Shown here: piece after piece, positions 20,407-28,791 of the stretch
Layout of the letters: the number at the start of each line of letters is the position of its first letter
Numbering within the stretch: the stretch's first letter is position 1
IMG/VR virus record: IMGVR_UViG_3300030419_000543
Span: 1 to 50,341 of that record
DNA from: a virus
Taxonomy: Duplodnaviria; Caudoviricetes
Length of the DNA stretch: 50,341 nucleotides
Reading direction: 5' to 3' (one strand)
Translations under genes and position numbers: made by a program
Notes under the pieces: model-generated
What the model was told of the DNA's origin: nothing
The model's input: only the letters and a program-made list of their open reading frames with translations
Databases searched by the model: none

Positions 20407-20602
20407 GTTATTCCTTTATAATAAAATGAGGATTTCTTGTGAAGGCATCCTCTGACCCAATGATATTTTTTTACCGGAATAGAATAGACGCTATCATCTT
20501 AACCGCTTTCGCTACGTCTATATTCGATAGTACCATCCCTCTCTATCGAATATGCCTTCCCAATCAGAAAGCCCCCTACTATTACACTAGCTAGTAACTA
20601 CC

Positions 20603-21076
20603 TTATAGATCGTCACCAGCCTCGAAAGGTATGTCTTCACCTTCCAAGTCACCAAGAACGAAACCATCATCTTCAGCCTCAAGATCACCAGTTCCATTCA
20701 TATCAGCAGCTTTAAAGTCTATCACCATTAAAGAGTTTAACGATGCGCTGATACCAGACTTCTTCTTAAACGTCCAATCGAAAGGAGTAACTGAACATTT
20801 AACTGTGCTACCGTTACCTATCAGTAAATTGGAAGGCCAGATGTTCTTGGCAGCATCCATTACTTTAGGACGGCGTTTAGTCTTAGCAACGATAAAGGAA
20901 CCTTTATGTTCTTTATCGCCTTCGCCTTGACGTACTTCAATGCCAACGCCTTCCAGCTTCTTTACAGTAGCCTTATCTAGTTGACATATATCGACCTGAA
21001 ATTTTCCCGACAGGTCATTCGGTTCGTGAACACACGCCCATTGCGCTGTGCCTTTTATCACCATACTCTGATACAT
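20603..21076 (-). CDS. Single-stranded DNA-binding protein (T7 gp2.5-like)
   Basis: G.A.WA....P, IGNGS.V, L..L.VID and an acidic tail with aromatic residue (EDIPF); lies between polymerase and exonuclease. Confidence 0.8.
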   Translation of the reverse strand: MYQSMVIKGTAQWACVHEPNDLSGKFQVDICQLDKATVKKLEGVGIEVRQGEGDKEHKGSFIVAKTKRRPKVMDAAKNIWPSNLLIGNGSTVKCSVTPFDWTFKKKSGISASLNSLMVIDFKAADMNGTGDLEAEDDGFVLGDLEGEDIPFEAGDDL

Positions 21077-21095
21077 ATTTCTATGTCCTTTCTCT

Positions 21096-22814
21096 TTAGT
21101 GAGTTTCAGCCCAATTCAAACCTGACTTCGCGTCAGCATTCAAGGGCAACCTTACACGCAGTATACGACCTGCTTCTTGCATTGTCAAGTCTGCCGCATA
21201 CATTATTTTGTCAACATCATCAACGTGGACTTCGAACTGCATCTCATCGTGGATTGTGTTCACTAAATGTGCGCGTAAGCCGTGTTTTCGTATGTAATCA
21301 TCCATACATATTGACCACTGTTTGCAAGCTATCGCTCCCGCTCCTTGCAGCAATGTGTTCAAAGATGCGTGTTGATGACGTACGAAAATTCTTCTACCAT
21401 CTAATCCTTGTAAGGAACCTCTCTCTGCCATCTTCTGCACTCTGTCAATGAGAGAGTCAAGAGAGGGCATATTAGCTAGGAAATCACGTTTTAACCTAGC
21501 ACCATCTCTTAACGTTCCACCTACGACATGTCCTAATTTCTCTACGCCAGCACCATATAAGAATGCGTAGATGAAACGCTTTGATTGCGCTCTGGTATCT
21601 AAGCCAGCGGCTATTCTATTTACCTCGTGAGGATCACCGTTTAATACTACGTCTATATACTCTTGATCCTTCATGTAATGAGCTAACATCCTTAACTCTA
21701 AGCCTTTAGCATCCATACCTACTATCTTGTAATTACCGTTAGGAATAGTGAAACAAGCTCTACATTCCGTACCGTATGGTTTGTCAACTGAGACAATGTT
21801 CGCCATATTAGGATTAGAATGGGTCATACGTCCCGTTACAGCCCCCATAGTGTACACAGTCCCATGTATTCTATCATTTGCGTCCATATTTTCTAACCAC
21901 GCCTCTACGGTCTTCCAGCGTGTCTCTAGCATCTTCCACTCTGCTAGCTTTTTAGCAGCTTCGGGCGCATTATCGTGTACAGTATTAAGATTTTCCTCAC
22001 AAATCTTCGGTGATCCTTTAGGTGTAAACACTTTAGGACTCCACCCGTACTCGTTAAGTCTCTCTACTATCTGTTTAGGGCTGGCTAGATTAAACTCTTT
22101 GAATGTAATAAGTGAGAAAGGTCCACCTACTCCTTCTATGTTACGTAAGCTGACTTTAGACATTGAGCCATCTTTCTTATATTTAGGAGTAACTTCCTGT
22201 AGAAATTTCGCCTTCGGTAAGAAGTCTTCCTTGACCTTCTTCTCAATGCTCTTCGCTTTCTTCTTAGTTTCTATGTATAACTCTACGGCCTTTCTTTTAT
22301 CAAGAAAGAAACCATGTAGCTTCTGCTTATTTATTATATTAGCTATCTGATGTTCTAGCTCTAAACTCTTAGTAGAGAACTCAAGACCTTCGACTACTAA
22401 CATATTATAGACTTTCTCTGTCAAGAGGACATCACGAACACAATACTCAAGCATCTCTTCAGTATATTTAGAGAAGTCATTAAATTCTATTTTATCATAA
22501 TTTAACAATCTGCCCCAATTCTCTAAGGAATGACCACCTTCTCTCTCAGGATTATAAAGCCTAGACATGATTAACGTATCTTTAGCGTTAATGAGTTTAA
22601 TATGTGTACCCCACAATTTATTTAGTATAGGGAAATCAAACTCAATGCCATTATGTGCAATAAAGATATCATCAGGCTTTAAGAACTCCTGCAAAGAAGT
22701 CTTATCTAAGAATTGAACAGGTTCACCCTTATTAACTTCTTTACACACAACACACCAAATAGTCTTAGCGTCTAGTGCGTCAGTTTCAATGTCTATTATA
22801 ATCTTTCTAGGCAT
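21096..22814 (-). CDS. polA: Family A DNA polymerase with 3'-5' exonuclease
   Basis: Exo DIET, HNG..FD and YC..DV; motif A DAKGLELR; motif B R..SKRFIYAFLYG; motif C IHDE. Confidence 0.96.
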   Translation of the reverse strand: MPRKIIIDIETDALDAKTIWCVVCKEVNKGEPVQFLDKTSLQEFLKPDDIFIAHNGIEFDFPILNKLWGTHIKLINAKDTLIMSRLYNPEREGGHSLENWGRLLNYDKIEFNDFSKYTEEMLEYCVRDVLLTEKVYNMLVVEGLEFSTKSLELEHQIANIINKQKLHGFFLDKRKAVELYIETKKKAKSIEKKVKEDFLPKAKFLQEVTPKYKKDGSMSKVSLRNIEGVGGPFSLITFKEFNLASPKQIVERLNEYGWSPKVFTPKGSPKICEENLNTVHDNAPEAAKKLAEWKMLETRWKTVEAWLENMDANDRIHGTVYTMGAVTGRMTHSNPNMANIVSVDKPYGTECRACFTIPNGNYKIVGMDAKGLELRMLAHYMKDQEYIDVVLNGDPHEVNRIAAGLDTRAQSKRFIYAFLYGAGVEKLGHVVGGTLRDGARLKRDFLANMPSLDSLIDRVQKMAERGSLQGLDGRRIFVRHQHASLNTLLQGAGAIACKQWSICMDDYIRKHGLRAHLVNTIHDEMQFEVHVDDVDKIMYAADLTMQEAGRILRVRLPLNADAKSGLNWAETH

Positions 22815-22815
22815 C

Positions 22816-23052
22816 TCACTGTAAAGTAGGTTTCTTAAACCCTTCTATATCATCTACACTATCTAAAATCATTTTCATAGTTTCTTTAAAATCTTCCTCT
22901 GACAACATAACCTTATACAATCGCACTGTATTACACATGAGAACACCAGCAACTAACATACCGTTATAATGTGCCACTAACTCAGATATGTTTTCTATCA
23001 CAATATCCGATACCTCGTCAATCATTTTTTTAGCTTCTTTATCATCAATCAT
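22816..23052 (-). CDS. Hypothetical protein
   Basis: 78-aa ORF coupled in the operon. Confidence 0.55.
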   Translation of the reverse strand: MIDDKEAKKMIDEVSDIVIENISELVAHYNGMLVAGVLMCNTVRLYKVMLSEEDFKETMKMILDSVDDIEGFKKPTLQ

Positions 23053-23530
23053 TATCTTTTTCCCATCTATAAAATATGTGATCCTCTATCTCTATGGTCA
23101 TAGTTTTAGAAGCCGCCCAAGAAGGTAGTATATAGTCAGCGTGGTAGTGTGTCGCACCTTCCGTAATATCTAGGTACGGTGTAATTTGAAATAACACATT
23201 GAAAGCAAGTTTATGTATTTTAGAGTACGTTTCTTTCTCTTCTGGTTCATCTAGTTTACCATCACAATACCAACTAAATTGGCATTTATTAAGAATAGGT
23301 ATTAGTTCTCCTGTATTCTTCCAAGATAGTCTAGTCGGCCCTTGTTTAACTACTTCACAGATAGTGTTAGGGTATCTATCATCTGCTACTCTATTCATCA
23401 CTACGTTGGTTACAGCTAATTGACCAGCGAAACCTTGATTACGTGCTTCAAAATATATATTATCTGCCAAGCACGTAACCTCTTCGGGTGTAACACCCAT
23501 TAACCACCCTACTATTAATATTGATTTCAT
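23045..23530 (-). CDS. SleB-like cell wall hydrolase (Hydrolase_2)
   Basis: CLA.NIYFEAR.Q...GQLAV..VVMNRV...YPNTICEVV.Q, CQFSWYCDG, GATHYHA, HIFY. Confidence 0.92.
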   Translation of the reverse strand: MKSILIVGWLMGVTPEEVTCLADNIYFEARNQGFAGQLAVTNVVMNRVADDRYPNTICEVVKQGPTRLSWKNTGELIPILNKCQFSWYCDGKLDEPEEKETYSKIHKLAFNVLFQITPYLDITEGATHYHADYILPSWAASKTMTIEIEDHIFYRWEKDND

Positions 23531-23531
23531 T

Positions 23532-23717
23532 TTAATCTCTAACTTTAATACTTAAATTAGAGACTTTACGCATCTTCTTCATAACTTTCTTATAGATATC
23601 TTCTTCGTTCTTATTAACTAATATATTAATTGGCATAGTACCTTGAGAGAAGTTACGTAGATAACTAATATGCTCTTTAGCTTCTTTCTCTGTTTTTTTA
23701 TTACTCTTCGTAATCAT
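23532..23717 (-). CDS. Hypothetical protein
   Basis: Likely start ATG 23717 (MITKSNKK), internal to the longer ORF-track call. Confidence 0.5.
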   Translation of the reverse strand: MITKSNKKTEKEAKEHISYLRNFSQGTMPINILVNKNEEDIYKKVMKKMRKVSNLSIKVRD

Positions 23718-23886
23718 AATAATCCTTAGAGTTATTAGTGCGTGAATACTTAGTTTTATCTCTAAATACTCTTTGAGAATATTTAGGACTGTGTAGCTCT
23801 TTAGCAACAGGGTTTCGTTGCTTGAAAAACTTTTTGTTTTTCTTTGCCATTCGTTCTATGTCGATTTGTCTACGTTTGTAACTCAT
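23701..23886 (-). CDS. Small basic ArfA-like peptide
   Basis: RNPVAKELHSPKYSQRV..DK.KYSR resembles the ArfA core N..[13 protein letters not shown]..K...Y.R. Confidence 0.55.
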   Translation of the reverse strand: MSYKRRQIDIERMAKKNKKFFKQRNPVAKELHSPKYSQRVFRDKTKYSRTNNSKDYYDYEE

Positions 23887-23909
23887 TGAATTTACTTAAA
23901 AATTTAGTG

Positions 23910-23938
23910 TTGACATGCGTTGACGTTAGGAGTAGTAT
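23910..23938 (+). promoter_or_regulatory. Sigma70-type promoter for the rightward accessory block
   Basis: TTGACA-17 nt-TAGTAT in the divergent intergenic gap. Confidence 0.65.
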
Positions 23939-23974
23939 ACACATTAATCAAATTAATGCAAGGTGTATTTCACG

Positions 23975-24475
23975 ATGAATATTTTTTATTTAGATACCTC
24001 TCCAGCGGTTTGCGCTCATTATCATTGTAATAAACACGTTGTCAAAATGATACTTGAATATTCTCAATTATTATCTACTGCACATCATGAATGCGATGGG
24101 GTTCCTTCGATAGAGTGTTACAAAGCTACGCACAAAAATCATCCTTCTGCTCTGTGGGCAAGAGAGAATACATTTAATTATAAGTGGCTGTATAAACTTT
24201 TATATTATACTGCATCAGAGTATACTACACGTTACGGAAAAGTACATCTAACAGAACGTAAAGGTATAATAGATAATCTTTATACTTTACCTAAAAATTT
24301 ACCTGTCGGTGAAAAGATGACAACAATTCCACAATGTATGCCTGATAAGTATAAAGTCAAAGATGATCCTATCAGTGCTTATCGTAATTATTACATAGGT
24401 GATAAATCACGTTTTGCTAAATGGCAAGATGATAGTCAAACGCCCACATGGTTCTTACATGGTTGTGTTGCCTAA
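23975..24475 (+). CDS. Pyrimidine-dimer DNA glycosylase (DenV/endonuclease V-like) family protein
   Basis: MNIFYLD..P..CA..HC.KHVVKMILE..QLLSTAH, YKATH.NHPS..WAR, EYT.RYGK.H, PQCMPD.YK, AYRNYY. Confidence 0.8.
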   Translation: MNIFYLDTSPAVCAHYHCNKHVVKMILEYSQLLSTAHHECDGVPSIECYKATHKNHPSALWARENTFNYKWLYKLLYYTASEYTTRYGKVHLTERKGIIDNLYTLPKNLPVGEKMTTIPQCMPDKYKVKDDPISAYRNYYIGDKSRFAKWQDDSQTPTWFLHGCVA

Positions 24476-24891
24476 TGCCGATTATAAAACAATATAATTT
24501 AGTCACTAATGATGTTCGTGACAATGAAAATGTTTTCTTCATGTTCCTTGAGAACAAAAAACGTATAGGTGGTGGGCATATTGCTATGTTATTACGTGAT
24601 AGTAGTAACGCTATTCCACTTACTGTGAAGAAATCTAATGGGCAAGGTATCGCACATTATTTTCATCGTGAAGACTTAGTATACGCAACTGATGATCTAA
24701 TCTTTCAATTAAATATTGCCAAAGATGTATTGAATAAGGGTTGTATTGTTGTGTTACCTATGGAGTGTTTTGTAGATAATGAATTTGTCGAAGAAATATT
24801 CAGAGAAGCTTGTGAACCTTTCGCTAATAATTTCTATAATCAATTAGATTATCTGTTTGAGAATTATAAGGCTAAGAAATATGTCGCTTAA
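24475..24891 (+). CDS. Hypothetical protein, possibly a degenerate macro-like phage domain
   Basis: TAATG coupling. FLEN..RIGGGHIA..R..SNAI.L.VKK resembles the VFGDN..G.GGQA..R..NA.GI.TKK phage family. Confidence 0.5.
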   Translation: MPIIKQYNLVTNDVRDNENVFFMFLENKKRIGGGHIAMLLRDSSNAIPLTVKKSNGQGIAHYFHREDLVYATDDLIFQLNIAKDVLNKGCIVVLPMECFVDNEFVEEIFREACEPFANNFYNQLDYLFENYKAKKYVA

Positions 24892-25013
24892 ACTATTATA
24901 TTATACATTACTGAGGAACGTGTTCTTTCAAGCCTTTAAATTATTCAGTAGCATAGAAGCTTCATTATACAGGAACCATGTAAAATATCATAAGATTGTT
25001 CAAGGTATGCAAT

Positions 25014-25268
25014 ATGGAGCGTGAAAGACATAAGATTGATTGGTGGATTAAATGGGTATCAAGTATTATTTTATTATGCGGAATGATCTTGACATCCCAA
25101 AATATATACCCTATTAATCTAATGATTCACGCAACAGGGGTATTAGGTTGGTTGATTGTGTCTATAATGTGGAATGATAGAAGTTTGATTGTTGTCAATG
25201 CTTGTGCGCTTACATTACTTGTCAATGGTCTAATAGCCTATTTAATAGAAGGGCTGCAACATGGCTAG
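25014..25268 (+). CDS. Small multi-TM membrane protein
   Basis: WWIKWVSS...YPINL...GW..V...WNDRSLIVVN; three hydrophobic segments. Confidence 0.7.
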   Translation: MERERHKIDWWIKWVSSIILLCGMILTSQNIYPINLMIHATGVLGWLIVSIMWNDRSLIVVNACALTLLVNGLIAYLIEGLQHG

Positions 25269-25704
25269 ACAACTGTACGAAACCAAAGAGGATATCTCTA
25301 GGGAGAAGGTCACTCTAGATTTTGTCAAAGATAAACTTGGCATGGGTGATCTTGTCAAGTTACCTATCAAATATAAGATAGACTATATTGAACTAGGTAG
25401 ATTTAGTGACGGTGGAAAGTCTATAGTAAATTTCGTAGAGATAAAGAATAGAACAGTTGCTAAAGACAAGTACGATACGTATATGATATCTGCTGATAAG
25501 TTCACAACAGCATCACAATATGTAAAACGTTTTAACGTAGGCTTTAAACTCATAGTACGTTGGAAAGACGTAGTAGGGTGTTACACTCTTAAAGATGGTG
25601 ACAAGTTCAGTCTTGGTTTCAACGGTAGATATGATAGAGGCGATTGGCAAGATGTAGAGCCTGTCGTTTATATTCCTATGAGGGAGTTTAAAGATGTTAT
25701 CTAA
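25261..25704 (+). CDS. Putative PD-(D/E)XK nuclease-family protein
   Basis: KLP..YKIDY...FVEIKNR...Y..YMIS..K, GR.DRGDWQDVEP.V.IP. Confidence 0.65.
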   Translation: MARQLYETKEDISREKVTLDFVKDKLGMGDLVKLPIKYKIDYIELGRFSDGGKSIVNFVEIKNRTVAKDKYDTYMISADKFTTASQYVKRFNVGFKLIVRWKDVVGCYTLKDGDKFSLGFNGRYDRGDWQDVEPVVYIPMREFKDVI

Positions 25705-26200
25705 AAAACATACTGCTATATTAAATGCTACAGAGAAAGATATTAAGAGATTTTGGAGTAAAGTAGATAAAGGTGAAGGTACTTTAACAGAATGTTGGGA
25801 ATGGTTAGGTACTAAAATCGTTGAAGGGTATGGTACATTTTCAATAAAAAACATCGAAGTTAAATGCCATAGATTATCTTTCTTTTTACATACTAGTATT
25901 TTAGATGATAATTTATTAGTGTGTCATATATGTGATAATCCTAGTTGCGTTAATCCTGATCATCTTTGGTTAGGAACTTTACGAGCTAATAATTTTGATA
26001 AAACGTTAAAAGGAAGAAATGCTAAAGGTTCTATGTTTGTTAATAAAACTTTATTGAATGAAAAAGATGTAAAAGAGATATTAATTCGTTTACGTAATAA
26101 AGAGTCTTGTGTGTCTATTGCTAAAGATTACCCTGCCTCTGTTCAAGCTATCAGTCACATAAAAGCAGGAAGGTCTTGGAAACATGTCACGTTATCTTAA
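25694..26200 (+). CDS. HNH (homing) endonuclease
   Basis: RFWSKV, CWEW.G, GYG.F, HRLS, VCHICDNPSCVNPDHL.LGT..N..D and a C-terminal HTH. Confidence 0.9.
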   Translation: MLSKKHTAILNATEKDIKRFWSKVDKGEGTLTECWEWLGTKIVEGYGTFSIKNIEVKCHRLSFFLHTSILDDNLLVCHICDNPSCVNPDHLWLGTLRANNFDKTLKGRNAKGSMFVNKTLLNEKDVKEILIRLRNKESCVSIAKDYPASVQAISHIKAGRSWKHVTLS

Positions 26201-26384
26201 ACTTAAATACTGGATATTCGATGCCGTAGATAAGATGTTTAGATATTTACTTAAAGAGGGTGAATATAGAAAGAAACCTAAACATACTCCTAAGATAGAA
26301 CGTAAGAATACGCCTCATACTGCATACGAGGCTAGGATGCCTAGTCTTGAGCGTAGGGTAAAAGCAACTAGGGACCAACACTAG
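26184..26384 (+). CDS. Hypothetical protein
   Basis: 66-aa basic ORF with GGAAGG RBS. Confidence 0.45.
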   Translation: MSRYLKLKYWIFDAVDKMFRYLLKEGEYRKKPKHTPKIERKNTPHTAYEARMPSLERRVKATRDQH

Positions 26385-26401
26385 AGAAAGGTTAAATACA
26401 T

Positions 26402-26737
26402 ATGAACAGCTTACATATTAAGAAGGGAGAAAAGTCCTTGCAAAAAGAAAGCGAGTATGCTAAATACGATGTTGACGGTGATGGTATTGTGTCCGATGAG
26501 GAGATGGCTACTATTCACGCGATCAACGCAGAAGCTAAATCAGAAGCGCAAAAACAGATGGCTTGGGTTGCTATGATATCAATGTTGGTATTTACACTTA
26601 TGGTCTTCTTACCTATCTTTCCTGATGGTAGGATAAAGGCATTAGCTGATCTATTCGGTCTATTCTATATTGGACAGGCTGGTGTCGTAGGTGCTTATAT
26701 GGGTATGACTGCATACATGTCTAATGGAAAGAGGTAA
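26402..26737 (+). CDS. EF-hand-like two-TM membrane protein
   Basis: DVDGDGIVSDEE EF-hand loop followed by two TM helices. Confidence 0.7.
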   Translation: MNSLHIKKGEKSLQKESEYAKYDVDGDGIVSDEEMATIHAINAEAKSEAQKQMAWVAMISMLVFTLMVFLPIFPDGRIKALADLFGLFYIGQAGVVGAYMGMTAYMSNGKR

Positions 26738-26739
26738 GT

Positions 26740-26967
26740 ATGATTGTAATAGCTTTAATAGCTTTAATAATCTCTGTTGATTATTATCAAGATAATGAAT
26801 GGAGATATGTCGGTCAACATGAATGTAATCAAGTTGGCGTGGTAGAACAGACTAAAGCTAGGGTCTATCCTATAGAAGTAGATGGCTTCAAACCTTATAT
26901 TCTTTTTAAGCAGAAGAATAAAGATGGAAGCTATGTAGTTAGTTGTGTGTTGAATAAGGAGAAGTGA
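26740..26967 (+). CDS. Hypothetical protein with N-terminal TM/signal
   Basis: GAGG RBS; hydrophobic N-terminus. Confidence 0.55.
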   Translation: MIVIALIALIISVDYYQDNEWRYVGQHECNQVGVVEQTKARVYPIEVDGFKPYILFKQKNKDGSYVVSCVLNKEK

Positions 26968-26970
26968 GTA

Positions 26971-27201
26971 ATGAGCCTACCTAGTAGAGCGCAATCTGAC
27001 TTAGAGGATAGGGCTAACGAGGTACTAGATATCCTACAACTGGTTCTAGCTACTGAGGTGTGTGACGAAGTGCATAACATTCTTACAGATAAGATTAAAG
27101 AGGCTATGTCAGAAGCTGGTTTGGATGGAGATGATGGAGAGTTTCTTGATGAGGCTACAGAGATGTTGATTAAGATTTTGCAGAAAGAGGATAAGAAATG
27201 A
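26971..27201 (+). CDS. Small acidic hypothetical protein
   Basis: AAGGAG RBS; acidic helical sequence. Confidence 0.6.
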   Translation: MSLPSRAQSDLEDRANEVLDILQLVLATEVCDEVHNILTDKIKEAMSEAGLDGDDGEFLDEATEMLIKILQKEDKK

Positions 27202-27446
27202 TATTAATCTTAGCAATCTGTGAGACATGTAGGAATACACAAGAAGTACACCATCTTGATTTCTCTAAAGTCTCTTGTAGAAGTTGTGGCAGTGACATAG
27301 AGAATGATGTAGTAGATGTAAAGAATATAGAAGAACCTACTACGTTACAGAAATTGTCAATGATGAAAAAAAATGTCAGGGACTTGCAAGAATCCTTGAC
27401 AAATGCCAATAAGCGTATCAAATACTTGCTTGATATCTACAACTAA
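27198..27446 (+). CDS. Zn-ribbon plus coiled-coil protein
   Basis: CETC...CRSC; ATGA coupling. Confidence 0.6.
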   Translation: MILILAICETCRNTQEVHHLDFSKVSCRSCGSDIENDVVDVKNIEEPTTLQKLSMMKKNVRDLQESLTNANKRIKYLLDIYN

Positions 27447-27494
27447 TAATGATCTTGTCAAGCTCTAATTTTGTCAACATAGGATAATATTGTC

Positions 27495-27704
27495 ATGGGT
27501 AAGAAAAATAAATGGTGGAAGGATACACCACCTAAGTTTAAATATAAGATACCTAAATCTCGTATGGAGAAAGACGGTAGGGGATGGCGTGTTAAAAAGA
27601 GTGAAGAGGAATTAGATGATGAGCATACTGCTAATGAATTCCTTAGACGTAAGAGAGAGACAGAACTGTGGGCTAAATACTTAGACGGTAGGACGTTTAC
27701 GTAA
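27495..27704 (+). CDS. Hypothetical basic protein
   Basis: AGGA RBS; 69 aa. Confidence 0.55.
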   Translation: MGKKNKWWKDTPPKFKYKIPKSRMEKDGRGWRVKKSEEELDDEHTANEFLRRKRETELWAKYLDGRTFT

Positions 27705-27772
27705 ACTATTTTGTCAACTATTTTGTCAACTATTTTGTCAACTATTTTGTCAACCAATAAACTATTTTGTCA
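27705..27772. repeat. Array 1 of the 12-bp repeat ACTATTTTGTCA (5 copies)
   Basis: Exact copies at 27705, 27717, 27729, 27741 and 27761. Confidence 0.97.
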
Positions 27773-27792
27773 ACCTATAAAGGAAGAGTACA

Positions 27793-28113
27793 GTGCAGAG
27801 TGAAGCAGTAAAGGTCGAGATTAAAAAGCGCAACGATGGGAAGTACAACGTCTATCAGGAATTCACCATTAACTCAGCAGTACGTCAAGGGAAGGAAGCA
27901 CTATTCTATTGTGACGTAGCAGATGAAGAGAAAGACGGTAAAGAAGTATTTGATTCCATTAGGAACAATAAGTTTACTGTACATAAACGCATCGCCCGTT
28001 GGATAACAGTTGCGGTTCTACAAAACAAAAAGCTTGCTACAGAATACTGCAAGAAGACATGGGGCAGACAGTGCTTTAAAGAGAAAGAAGGTATGTCTGT
28101 AACGTACGTATGA
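27793..28113 (+). CDS. Hypothetical protein
   Basis: AAGGA RBS, GTG start, 106 aa. Confidence 0.55.
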   Translation: MQSEAVKVEIKKRNDGKYNVYQEFTINSAVRQGKEALFYCDVADEEKDGKEVFDSIRNNKFTVHKRIARWITVAVLQNKKLATEYCKKTWGRQCFKEKEGMSVTYV

Positions 28114-28209
28114 GCTATGTAGGTGTTACGTAATACGAATACCTGTAATATATTTACTATTAGATTTCCGTGTCACTCGTGTCATCGTGTCACCTTTTAA
28201 AAAAAGTTC

Positions 28210-28237
28210 TTGACAAGGGTTTTCGAATGTGGAGAAT
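28210..28237 (+). promoter_or_regulatory. Candidate sigma70 promoter
   Basis: A-tract then TTGACA-16 nt-GAGAAT in an intergenic gap. Confidence 0.45.
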
Positions 28238-28348
28238 GGGGTTTAATATGGTTAAAATTTTAAAATACATTCCGAAAAAGTTACATTATCCACTTGGATT
28301 TATAGTTGGTTTTATTGATCAATTATTGTTAAAAAGGAGATTTCGAAA

Positions 28349-28537
28349 ATGGTCAAGTTGACTCGTAAGCAGAAAGAAGCCCTTAAAGAAGTGTGGAATA
28401 GGGATTGGCTGAAACCTTCATCTTACTTAGCATTTCGGCGTACTGTAGAGGGTACAGTCTTTATGGACGATGCAATAGTAGTCCCATATTGCGGAATGTT
28501 CTTGGCTATCGAGACTGATGGCTACATCCACTCATAA
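28349..28537 (+). CDS. Conserved small early phage protein
   Basis: AAGGAG RBS; LT..Q..AL...W....SYL.FRR.V......V...GM.L.IE.DGY.HS pattern. Confidence 0.7.
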   Translation: MVKLTRKQKEALKEVWNRDWLKPSSYLAFRRTVEGTVFMDDAIVVPYCGMFLAIETDGYIHS

Positions 28538-28553
28538 ACAGGAGTAACGTAGC

Positions 28554-28790
28554 GTGTTGCCAATCACACAAATTCTGGAAGTCTTATATAATACACGTAA
28601 CGAGATGCGCTTACAGGAGCAAAAGAACCATCACGGTTGCATTGACGCATATTGTAAGCATTGTGATTATGAGACAGGTTTTAAATTTTCAACTTTAGAT
28701 AGTTTAATAGATGAACTAGAAGATGTTAAATATGGTGATGTTATTAAAGCTTTAAAGAATAGAGACAAGTACTGTAAAGGAGTAACGTAG
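28554..28790 (+). CDS. Hypothetical protein (CxxC)
   Basis: AGGAG RBS, GTG start. Confidence 0.5.
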   Translation: MLPITQILEVLYNTRNEMRLQEQKNHHGCIDAYCKHCDYETGFKFSTLDSLIDELEDVKYGDVIKALKNRDKYCKGVT

Positions 28791-28791
28791 T

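Noticed and set aside
21203-21214. Near-match to the 12-mer (TTATTTTGTCAA) inside polA
   Set aside because: Imperfect, single and explained by coding for VDKI.
20631-22350. Long + strand ORFs antisense to SSB and polA, and similar shadow ORFs elsewhere
   Set aside because: They mirror strongly conserved genes on the opposite strand and show no motifs or RBS.
14673-22814. Introns or inteins in nrdJ, primase-helicase or polA
   Set aside because: The ORFs are continuous, of compact length, and show no splicing motifs.
27458-27757. Minus-strand ORF MVDKIVDKIVDKIV...
   Set aside because: It is the translation of the 12-bp repeat and lies antisense to a gene with a good RBS.
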